A stretch of DNA of 64,000 bases from Octopus vulgaris (taxonomy: Eukaryota). The translations under genes and the position numbers were made by a program. Numbering within the stretch: the stretch's first letter is position 1; each line of letters begins with the position of its first letter. The notes under the pieces are model-generated. The model ran no database searches and was not told where the DNA came from. It saw only the letters and a program-made list of their open reading frames with translations. The DNA lies in the NCBI GenBank assembly GCA_951406725.2, contig OX597814.1, positions 105,338,001-105,402,000 on the forward strand, written 5' to 3'. Of this stretch, positions 39,446-53,934 are shown piece after piece.

Positions 39446-40015
39446 GGCGGCGAGCTGGCAGAAACGTTAGCACGCCGGGCGAAATGCGTAGCCGTATTTC
39501 GTTTGCCGTTACGTTCTGAGTTCAAATTCCGTTGAGGTCGACTTTGCCTTTCATCCTTTCGGGGTCGATTAAATAAGTACCAGTTACGCACTGGGGTCGA
39601 TATAATCGACTTAATCCGTTTGTCTGTCCTTGTTTGTCCTCTCTGTGTTTAGCCCCTTGTGGGTAGTAAAGAAACAGGTGTTTCGTCTGCCGCTACGTTC
39701 TGAGTTCAAATTCCGCCGAGGTCGACTTTGCCTTTCATCCTTTCGGGGTTGATTAAATAAGTACCAGTTACGCACTGGGGTCGATATAATCGACTTAATC
39801 CACAGGGGCTAAAAACAGCGTGGACAAACAAGGACAGATAAACGGATTAAGTCGATTATATCGACCCCAGTGCGTAACTGGTTCTTATTTAATCGACCCC
39901 GAAAGGATGAAAGCCAAAGTCGACCTCGGCGGAATTTGAACTCAGAACGTAACGGCAGACAAAATACCGCTAGGCATTTCGCCTGGCGTCCTAATGATTC
40001 TGCCAGCTCGCTGCC
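39446..40015. mobile_element. Cluster of three SINE family B copies (+, + partial, -)
   Basis: 39446-39678(+), 39679-39801(+), 39801-40015(-); GAGTTCAAATTCC B box; highly similar copies. Confidence 0.9.
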
Positions 40016-40249
40016 TTATTGATAATGACAATATTGATACATAATACACAAAGCAGTATTAACAAAATATAAACGGCAGTATTGCTATATAATACATAAT
40101 GCAGTTTTGATACAGTAAATAAGTCAGTATTCGTATAATATATACGATAACATCGATATATTGTATAAAGCAGTATTAATGCCAAATATACAAGATGGGG
40201 GTAGATATATTACACACACACACACACGTGTATGTATAAAATAGATAAT

Positions 40250-40464
40250 GTTTTTTTCTACTTTAGGCACAAGGTTTGAAATTTGGGGGGAGGGGGCTAG
40301 TTGATTAGATCGACCCCAGTATGCAGTTGGTACTTTATTTATCGACCCTGTAAGGATGAAAGGCAAAGTCGACCTCGGCGAAACTTGAACTCAGAACGTA
40401 AAGACAGACGAAATACTGTTAAGCATTTCGTTCGGCGTGCTAACGATTCTGCTAGGTCGCCGCT
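40250..40464 (-). mobile_element. SINE family B
   Basis: Reverse complement of the family B consensus. Confidence 0.8.
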
Positions 40465-41315
40465 TTATATAAGAGATAATATTGAGGCATAGGATATATA
40501 AGGCCATGCTGATCAATAAAATAAACTAGTATATCAATGCATAACTGATAAGGCTCTATTGTTATATACATTATAAGGCAGCAATTGAAACGAGCATTGA
40601 TGAAACGACTAAATATTACGACACTTGACGCGCTGAGTTCAAATTCTAACGAGGTTGATAATCGATAAAATGCAGGGTGTTCCTCCCCATGAAAATTGTG
40701 TTATTATGTCAAAGTTAGAAATCAATATTTTAACGATCTATCCATGATCGATACAGCAAGCAGCCAGACAAAATCACTCCTTGCAGTGTTCAGTAACGTC
40801 ATTTGCGTTTTGAGTTCAAATCCCTCCGGAGCGCTCTTTACTTTTCATTCATTCAAGATCGATAAAATATATGACAGTGAAGAAAAATCTATATTTTGAA
40901 GAATATTGATTTCCTTTCGACACGACACAAATGTTCTATATTTTAGTAGGGAATGCCGCCTCCAATTCTGTGCTCTTTTTTGTTTTGTTTTTGTCCTTTT
41001 TAAAAAACAGGAGAGTAATTCTTTTGTGTCTTTCTCCAAAAACAAAACCAAGTCTCCAAGATTTTAGCTTTAACTCTTCGGCACTGATTAAAAAAAAGGA
41101 ATTGCTTACGGAGAGAGTAAAGTCGATTGGATTAACTGCAGTATATGTCGGAATCAGTTTTCAACCATTTTTTTGTTTACCTATGGACCTATTTGATTCT
41201 TGTTTTACTCAGGTGGACCCTCATAACCATTCCAAGTTTTAAAAATTCTATATTTTTATATTTCGTTTTGGGATTTAGCTTACAATATTCTTTATGTGAG
41301 TTCGTGTGTTGAAGC

Positions 41316-41444
41316 ATATTCTGTTGTGCCTGGGGAGAGTCATTCTCTTTTAGTGCCTTATAATTTAACACATTCACCGGTAAAATTTCCACTTTTTTTC
41401 TCTTATTTTTATTTTCCTAAAATTTTCGTTGCGTCTTTGACTCT

Positions 41445-41504
<60 letters not shown>

Positions 41505-41656
41505 GTTTTGAGTGTCAAAACTATTGAAAAGGTTGCAAGACGCAACGAAAATTTTAGGAAAATAAAAATAAGAGAATAAAGTGGAAATTTTACCGGTGAA
41601 TGTGTTAAATTATAAGGCACTAAAACAGAATGACTTTCCCCAGACACAGAATATTT
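41316..41656. repeat. ~120-bp inverted repeat around (GA)n; probable PLE inverted-end junction
   Basis: 41316-41436 versus 41537-41656. Inner hairpin AATAGTTTTGA-gtg-TCAAAACTATT at 41501-41525. Confidence 0.85.
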
Positions 41657-42076
41657 TTATAATTAAATATTATTAGAAAATGCATTAAAAAACAATTAAG
41701 ATATTTGGAGTATTGAAGGAATTTAGGTAATTTATTGCACAAATTTTAACAATAAAAACATCTTATATGGATCCCTAAGGGCCATATGGATCTCAAATGA
41801 GAATAAATGGTCCACATCTTTTTTTTTTTTGTATCTCTTATAGATGAAAGGAAACCATGCTGGAGCATCAACAGACAACAGAAACGATGGTGATGCAGGA
41901 ATCAGACTGAGCGACGTCGTAAGATGATTCCTCAATCAGTGAAGCGGTCCACAGAGATAGCTTAAAGAGTAAGGCATTATCTGAAATCGATTTTATCGAC
42001 CCGGGTGGCAGGTGGGGGTGGGATGAAAAATAAAGTAAACTTTGATGAGATCTGAACTTAGAACGTAAAGGAATCT

Positions 42077-42282
42077 CTTATCTTTTACTTGTTTCAGTCA
42101 CTGGACTGCGGCCATGCTGTCGCACCGCCTTGATGAATGTTTAGTCGAATGAATCAACCCCAGTACTTATTTTTTTAAAGCCTGGTACTTATTCTGTCGC
42201 CCCTTTTTGCCGAACTGCTAACTTAATGAGACATAAACACACCAACACCCAACACCGGTTATAAAGCGGTGGGGGAACACAC

Positions 42283-42324
<42 letters not shown>

Positions 42325-42415
42325 ATACACACACACAAACACATTTATATATCCGACGGGCTTCATTCAGTTTTCGTCTACCAAATCCGCTCACAAGACT
42401 TTGGTCGGCCCGAGG
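42077..42415 (-). mobile_element. SINE family A lacking its head
   Basis: Reverse complement of the family A body and tail. Confidence 0.8.
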
Positions 42416-43887
42416 TTTTTCTTTGCTCGTTGCACTAATAAGTGTAACATCTGCTGAACTTTCCTAACATAGACTCATAACCAGAGGTTGCTGGGATGGG
42501 TTGGGTGTTAGTACATAAAACAAAGAACCACTACTCGATCGATACTTTATTTTATCGAACTCGGAAGAATGGAAAGCAAAGTAGACTTTGATGGGAATTC
42601 AACACAGAACCTAAAATACAGAAATAAATACAATGAGATTTTACCCGAAGCATAAATGAGTCTCTCAACGCAACGCTTTTCTAGATATAGACTTCCATAT
42701 TCTTCGTCTATTATCAGAATTTGTGGTTATGTGGGAATGCCAGTCGAAGAAGGTTTCTTTAAGGTAAACTGGGAACAATATTTCCCTAGAAGAAACAACC
42801 AGACGCAACTGTTTAACGATATCAGGGATACTTTCTGATATGTTGCAGTTTCTCTGATAAACCGTTTGGAAAATTAGATAAATCTTTTTAGCAGATTTTT
42901 GGTAATCTTTGCGGTAGGAAACCAACAATAAATCGTAACGGAATGATAAGGAATTCTACGTGTCTACGGTGTAGAATTAGTTTCCATTGAAAGAAGATAT
43001 TGCATTCTGTGTTTACCGTTTACTGATGCCTAAGAAATACCATACTGGGTGAAGATTGTAAATTAGTTGATAAGAAGGAAAGAAACAGAGGCAGTTAAAT
43101 ACAAAATGTTTTAGATATAAAACTAAACAAATTTGAAATAATTGGAATTTAAAAAATCTGGTAATATTTATTTCTGAAATTTTAACTTAATCAGATTGTT
43201 AATTGTTTATGTTTCTGCTTTGTTGTTGTTGTTCTTTTGTTGTTGCTTTTTTTGTTGTTGCGTTTCATTCCCAAAATCTTTTTCATCTTTTATACAACAT
43301 CCTCATTGATAAAGCATCGACAGAGCTTCATTGTTTCGTAATTGTTGTTGTTGCTGCTGTTATTTTTTGCTTGTTTTTCTAGTTAGAACCCAGGTCGGCC
43401 TTGATCAAGCAGACCTATGATCTAAGACATTCCACATGTGACCGTCTCGTTCCTTTCTTTTTAAAGTTTCTTCCGATATAGTAATTATATTTACTGTATC
43501 TGAAAATATAGTAAACATAATTATTATAACCAATTTGTCCTTCATTTAAGACAGAATTAAGATTTGGTTGCAATTTCTAGTAAGTCGAATGTTGTTATTA
43601 TAGCTTTAAGTTTCCTGTTATCGTTAAACCAGAAACCCTACCATCAAAGACACTCCACATTAGCCAACCACACTATTTTTATCGAACGCAATTCGTTATG
43701 GTCAACCTCTTCCTCCAATATCTCCTTCATTTTTACCAAAGACAGTAACGTATTATGAGAGAGTATTTGGCTGCTATTTCTAGCACACAAAGGTTCCATG
43801 GTTGGCTTCCTTTGTGTTTCGGTGAAACATGGTTCCATCCTTCTTCCTGCGCCTATCACTACAAAAACTGGCACTTTGTTAGTTATG

Positions 43888-44192
43888 GCGCCCAGTGTTC
43901 CAGTTGATCCGATCAACAAAAGAGCCTACTCGTGAAATTAACATCCAAGTGGCTGAGTACTCCGCAGAAACGTGTACTCTCAACGCAGTTCTCAGGGAGA
44001 TTCGGCGTACGCAGAATGTGACGAGGTTGGCTCTTTGAAATTACTGGTACCATTCAGTGTTGCCAGCTGAGTGGACTGGGGCAACGGGAAAATAAAGTGT
44101 CTTGCTTAAGGACACAACGTGCCTCTGAGAATCGAACTCATGACTTTACGATCAAGCGACGAAAAGCTTAACCACTGAGCCACGCGCCTTCA
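43888..44192 (-). mobile_element. SINE family C
   Basis: Minus strand GAAGGCGCGTGGCTCAGTGG...GAGTTCGATTC...GTCCTTAAGCAAGACACTTTATTT. Confidence 0.8.
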
Positions 44193-44413
44193 CCTATTCT
44201 TTTACTTTTTTCAGTCATTTGGCAGCGGCCATGCTGGAGCATCGCCTTAAATGGCTTTGATCGAAGAAATTGACCCCAGAACGTTTTCTTTGTAAGCCTA
44301 GTACTTATTCTATCGGGCTCTCTTTTGCCGAAACGCTAAGTTACGGAGACATAAACACACCAGCATCGGTTGTCAAGTGATGGTAGGAAGAAAAATACAA
44401 GCATACACACATA

Positions 44414-44462
<49 letters not shown>

Positions 44463-44466
44463 GTAT

Positions 44467-44555
<89 letters not shown>

Positions 44556-44587
44556 ATGTCCGCTTGCTTTACATAGTACAATCATGC

Positions 44588-44622
<35 letters not shown>

Positions 44623-44902
44623 ATTAATATTCATTTTATTGACTTTTTGTGTGGTTATATATTTTAATAGACTGGATTGTTAAATATATATGCCTGCTTT
44701 AAATTTAAATGTGAGTGTACATGTATTTCCTTGATGTTGGTTATAGAACTATGAGTTTAATATGGAACATTATTGTGTTTGTTAATGTATATTGATATAT
44801 ATTGTTTATATTGTATTATTGTGTATATATATATGTGTAGAATTATGAGTGTCTATGCACACATTTTTATATTTATATGTAAATGTTTTTTATACTTACA
44901 TT

Positions 44903-45020
44903 AAATTCTCTGAAGAGGCCGTGAGACATTATTGTTAATGTCCCATTTATACCTGCTTTACATGGCTAATAGGTTAAATGGGACATACCTGTCTTCACGG
45001 CCGAAACAGCTGTCAGCTAC
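44903..45020 (+). ncRNA. Type I hammerhead ribozyme with intact core and very long stem II
   Basis: CT-CTGAAGA(44910-44916)-GGCCGTGAGACA...ATGTCCCATTTA...TAAATGGGACAT...TGTCTTCACGGCC-GAAA(45003-45006)-CAGCTG-TC-AG. Confidence 0.85.
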
Positions 45021-45180
45021 AATGTAATTGTGCTTTCTATTTCTATTTCTATGTCTAGTTATATTTGTAATATATTATGTATAATGTCTTTGCTGTTGTG
45101 TAATGGTTTAATAAAGTATTGATTGGGTATTATCTGATGGTTGATGATTGATTTAGGTATGTTTCTCCATTTTCTCATTT

Positions 45181-45525
<345 letters not shown>

Positions 45526-46169
45526 TACATATATATATACAACGGACTTCTTTCAGTTTCCGTCTACCAAATCCACTCACAAGGCTTTGGTCGGCCCGAG
45601 GTTACTGTAGAAGACACTTCCCCGAGGTGCCACGCAGTGGGACTGAAACCCGGAACCACTAGGCTGGGAATCAAGCTTCTTACCATACAGCCACGTAGAA
45701 CTACATCAATCCACAAATTCTTTTCCGTCTGTGCCATTCCAGCCATCACAGTCAACGACTTATTTAAATCTTGACCGTGTTGTCTCCCTCAAAAAATATT
45801 TCTAATCAAAATGTCTCTCACGTGTCCTTCACATGTCCCTCACGTGTCTTCGCTTGTCGCTCATGTGTCCTAATGTGTCCACATGTGTCCTTGGTGAGAT
45901 GCATTTCAATCTTCGGGTCAACGAATCTTTCAAAGTATGACTCAAAGACGTCTCACTTCAGAAAATAAACCTGGTTTGGTTGAAACATTTTTTAGCGATG
46001 AATTTCACAGTGACTCGTAAAGATACATTCATATTCCACATATAAAACTGATAGCCATGTGGGGAGAGTTCTAAAGTGCGTTATAAATCGAGCATGACGA
46101 GGAAGAAAAAAATAAAAGAACTGAGAAATACTTGGTTCTCTTAATTTCCTTGATCATCATCATTATTCA

Positions 46170-46278
46170 TGAGTGAGTGAGTGAGTCAGTGAATGAGTGA
46201 GTGAGTGAGTGAGTGAGTGAGTGAGTGAGTGAGTGAGTGAGTGAGTGAGTGAGATAGTGAGTGAGTGAGTGAGTGAGT
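46170..46278 (+). repeat. (TGAG)n microsatellite
   Basis: Read directly. Confidence 0.95.
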
Positions 46279-46565
46279 GTGTGTTAATGTAATGCTTCTT
46301 AAAGTGTATATATTGATTTGATCCTAGTCCGGATCGCTTTCGCACTAACCAGTAAATGCCTTGCTTGTCAGAACAAGCATTTTTCATTTTAGCCCAGAAT
46401 GTCTGGGATATTTGTCACTGAGGAGATTCAATAAAGTCGAAACACCGGATCTAGCGATCCACAGGCTTTCTGTCGAAGCGCTTTTGTTTTTAATATAAAA
46501 GTATCTTCGGTAAGTTTCTTGGAGACAGAATATTACAGCTCTGCTGTTCCATGTTTCTATATATA

Positions 46566-47110
46566 CATGAGGGGGCACCCAAAAGTAACCAGAAATGTTC
46601 TCTATGGAACAAACCCGTTGTAGTTCAGGCTTCCACCGCTAGAAGCCACTTAATGCAACCCTCAGGCATCAGTCTGCCGACCGGCGTCATTATTTGCATG
46701 TTTACTGCCCCCTGGTGCGTCTTTGTTTTGCAGTGCTTCACTCCTGTTCGTTGATTTTTGCGATGGTTGAAACGAAGGAACAGCGTGGCGGCCGAAACAC
46801 TTGTTATGCTTCAAACAGCTTACAAGGACGCTGCCATGGACAAAACACAAAATTACCAGTGGTTTTCATGCTTTAGGAATGGTCACTTGTTGTTTGAAGA
46901 CCGACCTCGTTCATCACGACCATCGACCACCCGAACGAATAAAAACATTATGAAAATTCATGAAGTGTTATTGGAGGACTGTCGCCGAACAATTGATAAA
47001 CTTGTTATGATTGGTGTGTCCTGGAGATCCAACCAATAAATTTTGAGTGAGGAATTGCGAATGAAATGCCTCGCTTGCTCACGGAAGAACAAAAGCAATC
47101 ACGACTGATT
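46566..47110 (+). pseudogene. mariner transposon 5' fragment (left TIR plus HTH region of the transposase)
   Basis: TACATGAGGGGGCACCCAAAAGTAACC end; AAETLVMLQTAYKDAAMDKTQNYQWFSCFRNGHLLFEDRPRSSRPST matches the mariner W...F..G...ED.PRSGRP motif. Confidence 0.85.
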
Positions 47111-47791
47111 TATAATCATAAATATTATACACAACAATAATACATACTAAAATGGCATTAATATAAGGCAGAGGACGAAGGGTGGGGGTTGGCAACCTAG
47201 TTTCCTCTCCTTTTTGACGAATAACTCAGACATTCTGAGTTAAGCTGACAATGTTTGTTCCGAAAGTCTCTTTGAGATGTTTCTCTGAGATAGAATATAA
47301 CAATTAGTGTTGTTCTACGATTTATATACACATTTTAAATGTTACACAGTTATGCTGTTATACACACCGGTGTTTTTATATAAAGTTATTTCAAGTGTGA
47401 ACATTAAAAGAAATATTCGTTGTATATCATTTAATTATAATCTACTCAGATATCATGTATTGTTGTGGACAATATTATTTAGGAGTTAAAATTCGCAACA
47501 TATTTATCATTAGCAGAAGATATCAGAATGTTTAGTTTGTAATTTTCTATACCAGTGTCAAAGATGAAGACAGACATCTGAATATATTTTCCCTGTTTTC
47601 TTAAGATGATAGACAAAAATCTGAATCAGATTTCTAATCTCAGCGCTTCCAAAAATAGATAATCTTATTTCATAACACAATTCTACATTCTTTTGTCAAA
47701 TTTTACAGAATTATCTGCCATGCCAAACCTTAAGATTAGAAATATTTTGCACATAATATAGCCATCTCTCTTCTCTCTCTTTCTCTCTTCT

Positions 47792-47833
<42 letters not shown>

Positions 47834-47930
47834 ACTCTTTCTGTATTGATATGTATGTGTGAATGCGTGCATATGTGTACGTGTGTTTGTGTGTGAGATA
47901 TTGTTATAGCAGTATACATACATATATATG

Positions 47931-47972
<42 letters not shown>

Positions 47973-48011
47973 TAATATATATATATTTGTGTATATATAT
48001 ATGTGTGTATA

Positions 48012-48096
<85 letters not shown>

Positions 48097-48156
48097 TCTC
48101 TCTTTTACTCTTTTACTTGTTTCAGTCATTTGACTGCGGCCATGCTGGAGCACCGC

Positions 48157-48211
<55 letters not shown>

Positions 48212-49138
48212 TATAGCTTTAACAGGATTTACAGATAAAGCGTTGAGTTGGCCTTGTATAACACATTTATAGAATATAGAATAGTTGTGATTTTGAAATT
48301 GCCAATAACCACTAAAGCAAATAGTCCAGTGGAAAATAAAGAATACTGGAATAAGAAGATTGCAAAACAAGAAGCACGTTTTATTCCAACTCGCTTTAAT
48401 TCTGAAAACTCAGTAATATCTAATTAAAGTTTTACAAGTGAAAACATAGATTCGGAAGAAGAGAGCAATTTGCAGCATAATCACTATTAAAAAGTAGATG
48501 GAAAGAGAAAGTCTATATTTCTGAAATGAAAACTAAAACAAACGATAAAATAACGGAGGAAGAAAAGAAAAAGCTGTAAAGCAATTTGTTTTGTTATCAT
48601 GATAGGGAAATGACTTTCTAAGCAATAATACTTGATATGAATTTTTACAGCCGGGAAAATGAGAAAATTGTTTTCGTGTCGGAGCGTTCTGAAATCCAAT
48701 TAACATTTAAGGCGAAATATATATTTGAATCTATTTTCTGAACGTTTAATCGTGACAATTGAAGGTTTTAAACATAAAATATTACTGTATTGTAACCATA
48801 TCTACAAGGCAGTGTATTCATAGTAACTGTGTTTACATAGCAACAATACTGAGACACAGGAATATCAGTTATGCAACCAGTGAAACGGTGGCTGTCTTTC
48901 AGTTACACCTGAGAAGGCGGGACAGCACCCGTAATCCGTAATTTGCTTAATGTTTACTATAAGATAATTTCGATTTGGGACGCCGTTGGTGCTGAAGCTC
49001 AGTCTGTGTAACTGAAATCAGTTCAATATCTTCTGTAAGGACCATAACTAGGATTAGCACCTGTTCCTGTTGACTACCTGAGGTATTCTGCATGTTTGGT
49101 TCTGATTTCAGGCTTATATTATCGTTTATCGTCTCCAT

Positions 49139-49339
49139 GCATCAGTCATTGGATTGCGTCCATGCTGAGGTACCGCCTTGCAGAGTTTTATTTGATCAAA
49201 TCAACCCCAGTACTATTTTTAAGCCTGGTACTTGCTCTATCGGTCTCTTTTCTGGAGGACGTAAACAAAACAATACCGGTTGTCAGTGATGGGAGGGACA
49301 TGCATAGGCATAAAGGCACACATACACACACACATAGAT

Positions 49340-49384
<45 letters not shown>

Positions 49385-49545
49385 CGACAGGCTTCCACAC
49401 AGTTTCTTTTATCAAATTCGGTTAAAAGACAGTCGAACCGGGGCTATAGTACAAGAAACTTGCCTAACGTGCTGTGCCGTGGGACTGAACCAGAAATTCA
49501 CCTCTTTGCAAAGCGAGCTCCTTAAGCGCCCAGCCGTGCCTGCGC
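49139..49545 (-). mobile_element. SINE family A, old full-length copy
   Basis: Degenerate reverse complement of 1936-2351. Confidence 0.7.
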
Positions 49546-50384
49546 CAATATTTCTGGAATTTCACTTCTAAAATATTGCTGATGTTTCATGAATGCCTTT
49601 TTTCGCCCCAGCAGCATCAGCAGCAGCAGCGGTAGCAGCAGACGTTCTGAAGAAACTTTCGATATACATCATAACAGGTTTGTATTTCTCCCTCTTTTAA
49701 GACTTGTCTTTGTTTTTCGCTGTTTTCTGAGATATAACATGGAATGGCCACTCATAGAATTCAGGAATAAATATAAGATGAAACGCTAAGAAGGTAGGAA
49801 GTCAGCTTTGTCATTCTTATAAATCATTTTCTTCTCTCACAATAGAATTTGGTTGATAAAACTGAATTTTATTTCCCCCAAGTGATCGAAACTTAATCTA
49901 TTAATGATTTATCAGCAAAATAAAATAACTTTATCAGAATTCAAGATGGAAACAATAAAATGGCGAATAATAATTAAAAAAAGAAAGAAAAACTTATTAG
50001 TTTACTCCCGCATGAAAACGGTTCATTCGTTATACTGAAAGAGCGATGCATTCGGTAGAATTGGTTGAGCATCAGAAAAATATACCTTGTGTATTTTGTT
50101 ATTTTTTTTTACATTCAGAGTTAGAACCTTGTTCTGGTTAACATTCACTTTCACCATAGTAAGCGTGACAATATAGAGTAACAAGCCGACCAGTGGAGAT
50201 GGTCATATCAGTTCCCTGCCCTAAATCTGTGCCATTGTGCAAAAGTGAAGAAGCAATATTGCAATCAGCAAATTCCTCATTACTAAACGACGACAGAATA
50301 GAGGTGTAAATATAATCCCAGCATATTATTAATATCGTGTACATGGTCCAAATTTGTTGCTGAGTAGTGGTTCATACGTCTCGA

Positions 50385-51060
50385 TAACCTTCAGAGGTAA
50401 GGCAGCGGAGCACAAGCCCCTCGTACGGCCTTTCCTGCTAAACAGGTCAAAGGGCAGAGGCCGGGCTAGTATGGACCACCTCTTCTCAGATGTAAAAAAT
50501 GGGTTTCGGTAGGACTAGCACCCTTACATAGATAAAAAGCAAAGTTACAGTAACCTCGATGACAATCGAAAACCAACAAGAACCGGGAGATGAAAGCTTT
50601 CCCTCGGGGATGGCAGGATACAGGGGCAGAGCTGGGCAGCAGGGTTTAACAGCAGAGTTGCAGAAAATGACATCACAGAGCCGAGAGCAAGTAAAAGTTG
50701 TTGATGGCTAAAGCTCGACAAGGAGCAGAAGGCCTCAGTAATATTGCGAACAATGGGGACCCTTCCACGACAACATATGGATCAAACATACCTAGAATAT
50801 TATCAACAATATATTTCTTACAACAGCACCAACTGGAGCAATAACACCACTAATGCAAAACTAATAGGATGACCAGCTAGAAATAGCAGCTAATTCTCCC
50901 TCTGCTATGAACACACTGACTTCAAAAAGAAAGGAATGTCTGTCATTGTAGTCCTAGATGAACGAAAAAATAACTTAGCCATGGTTGGGGCTAACATATT
51001 ACAACAGCAACAAGAATAAAGAGCCAATGGAAGAGATTCTAGGCGAGCATTCGAAATGCT
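50385..51060 (+). mobile_element. Decayed 5' region of a non-LTR retrotransposon (clade uncertain)
   Basis: GGTCAAAGGGCAGAGGCC...GGACTAGCACCCTTAC...AAAAAGCAAAGTTACAGTAACC resembles the 5' UTRs of RTE and R2-group elements; broken ORF follows. Confidence 0.35.
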
Positions 51061-51523
51061 AGAAAGAGCATCCAATCCTGTTGTGTGTCACTTCTACTTC
51101 ACAAAAAGAAACTCAGACGCACACACATACACACACGCAGACTCACATAAATTAACATACATTAACACACATTAAGACACATTAACATGCTCTTGGATGC
51201 AAAAAGAAAAAAATGACGGCATGGTTAGGTCAGGGAAAGCATACGCGATAAGTTCTGACATGGGGCTCAACAACAACAGCAACAACAACAACAACAACAG
51301 CAACAACAACAACAATAACTAAAGCGGTATATTCATCTATAAACTGGGGAGCTGTCGTTAAACTGACACCGTGAAGCCGGTTTCAATTACCAGCTGAAAT
51401 TAATTCTCCTCAATTATGCTGCTGAGGCTCTTGGGAAACGGCATGGACTTTAGAATTGCAATTTCCTCCTCGACAAAATAGAGAACTAAGCAAAAATAAA
51501 CACGCGCGCGCACACACACACAA

Positions 51524-51582
<59 letters not shown>

Positions 51583-52159
51583 AATGCATGTAATAAATAC
51601 ATATACACTTATGTATACATACACACACGCACACATATATATATAATTATACATATATATATATATGTATTTGTGTATGCATATATACATATATGTATGT
51701 ATATATATACATATACACATATATATGTATGTATATATATATGTATACATATATATACACACTCATACATATATACATATATACATCTGCTTTTATTAGG
51801 TACGTGTGTTTTAACAGCGACATATTACTTGTTTTCTTTCTTTTTTTTTTTGTCCACCATTTTCGTCTTACGTCGACTAAAATAGAGAAAGGGTGAATTC
51901 AGACATTTTAATTCTTCCATTGAGAGGACGTTACGTGCCAGACACTCGCTTCCATTACTAACGATTAGTGGAAATTTATGATCGATATTTTTACAATAAT
52001 GCCAATGGCGAAAGTAAAATCCGAAATGCGTTCCTAGATTCTCTATCTAAACAAACTTCTAATTGGTTCTTTATGTGTTAGATGTGGTAAAAGACAACGA
52101 AGAATAAATAGCAAACACAAACGCCAAACGGATAATCCCTGTCACAAAAGATGCACACA

Positions 52160-52217
<58 letters not shown>

Positions 52218-52504
52218 GAAGTGCGTGCCCACACACTCATACATACATACATACATACATACATACATACATACATGAATACATACATACATACATACAT
52301 ACATACATACATACATACATACATGCATTCATACATACATACATACATACATACATACATACATACATACATACATACATACATACATACATACATACAT
52401 ACATACGTACGTACGTACGTACGTACGTACATACATACATACACATGTTGTTTGAAATCCAACAAATCCTTTCTAAGCGAGACAAAGCTCAGCTTAATCT
52501 CTTA

Positions 52505-52575
<71 letters not shown>

Positions 52576-52595
52576 TGATGATGATCATGATGATG

Positions 52596-52647
<52 letters not shown>

Positions 52648-52656
52648 TAATAATAA

Positions 52657-52982
52657 TGAAATTGCAAGACTGTGGGCAATAAGGAGGGTAACTGTTACCC
52701 TCGTAGTTGCAAGGGCACTCGGAGCACTAACAACCAAGTTCGAGAAATATGTCAGAGAAATTAGAATTGACATGAACGCAGAGCAGGTCCCCCAAAACTG
52801 TCCTATTGGGAACAACTAGGATTTTGAGATCGGTACTTGTGTGTTGACTGTCCTCCACAATGAGTTAACATCCAAGTACCGAAGCTGATAATTTGCGGAA
52901 AGAAACCCTGTGAAACCTCTGACAACAAGTTGCTGTCCGCTCTCACAGAATCAACTAGAGCAAGTAAGACCGAGAGCTCTTA

Positions 52983-52983
<1 letters not shown>
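52657..52983 (+). pseudogene. R4/Dong-type retrotransposon 3' fragment inside (AAT)n
   Basis: EIARLWAIRRVTVTLVVARALGALTTKFEKYV then VLLGTTRILRSVL, followed by a 3' UTR; (AAT)n on both sides. Confidence 0.8.
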
Positions 52984-53054
<71 letters not shown>

Positions 53055-53934
53055 AATGATCGTCATCACCATCATTAAGGCTGGAAGTTGGCGTAATCGT
53101 GAACGCGTCGGACAAAATGCTTAGCGGCATTTCTTCCGGCGATGTACATCCTCAAATCAACTCCTACGGATTCGGACTTGACCTTTCATTCACTTGGATG
53201 GATGAAGTGAGACTCTTGAAATAGAAATTGCCTCTTACAAGATTCCTTGAATAAAGAACAAGAAGATGAAGACGGAAATAATTTTAGGCTTTGATCATAG
53301 GTCAACTGGATTAAGGTTGACCTGGGGCTAAAGAAAAATAACAACAATCTCAGCTACGGTGGCAGCAAAACAACAATAACAGCAACAAGTAAACAATAAC
53401 TACAAAAACAACTCTAGTTACGGAAATAACAACAACAATGACCGTACCAGTAATTATACGACGGTTCAACGTGTGCGAACATCAGAAGAATTAATAGACA
53501 CAAGAGTAGTAGTCAATAGATTTGCCTGAAGTAGTGGTCAAATCCCACTGAAATATGATCCAGAGAATTTATGTTGAGGCAGGGAAGAAATATTCAAGGA
53601 TCAAAGCGATAAGAGAGAAAAAATACAACCAGAGAAAGAAAAAAAATTAGAATGAATTATGAGAGTCATAAGTCGATGTATTATGATGTGAGAAAATGTA
53701 AGAAATTTGACGTTTCGATCGGTAGTTGTTTGCCAGAAAAAGGAAATGGTGTGTGATGAGGAGAGATGGTTAAGAACAAAGAGAATTAGGGAAGCGATAT
53801 TGAGAGGAAGCAACAAAACTTTTATGAATTACATTAAAACCGATTACAGCAATAGTAAATCACCATCAAGAACAACAAGGGCAGCACTGTCGTCGTTGTT
53901 ATTATCATCATCATCGTCATCATTTTCTGATTGA

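Larger units (their letters stand above)
39250..40600 (+). repeat. Degenerate ~24-bp minisatellite (GCAGTATTGATATATAATATATAA-like) interrupted by SINEs
   Basis: Recurrent GCAGT(A/T)TT(G/A)ATA units at ~39260-39415, 40025-40190 and 40470-40600. Confidence 0.6.

Noticed and set aside
42640-43030. Possible Penelope linker fragment on the minus strand
   Set aside because: Similarity too weak to support by eye.
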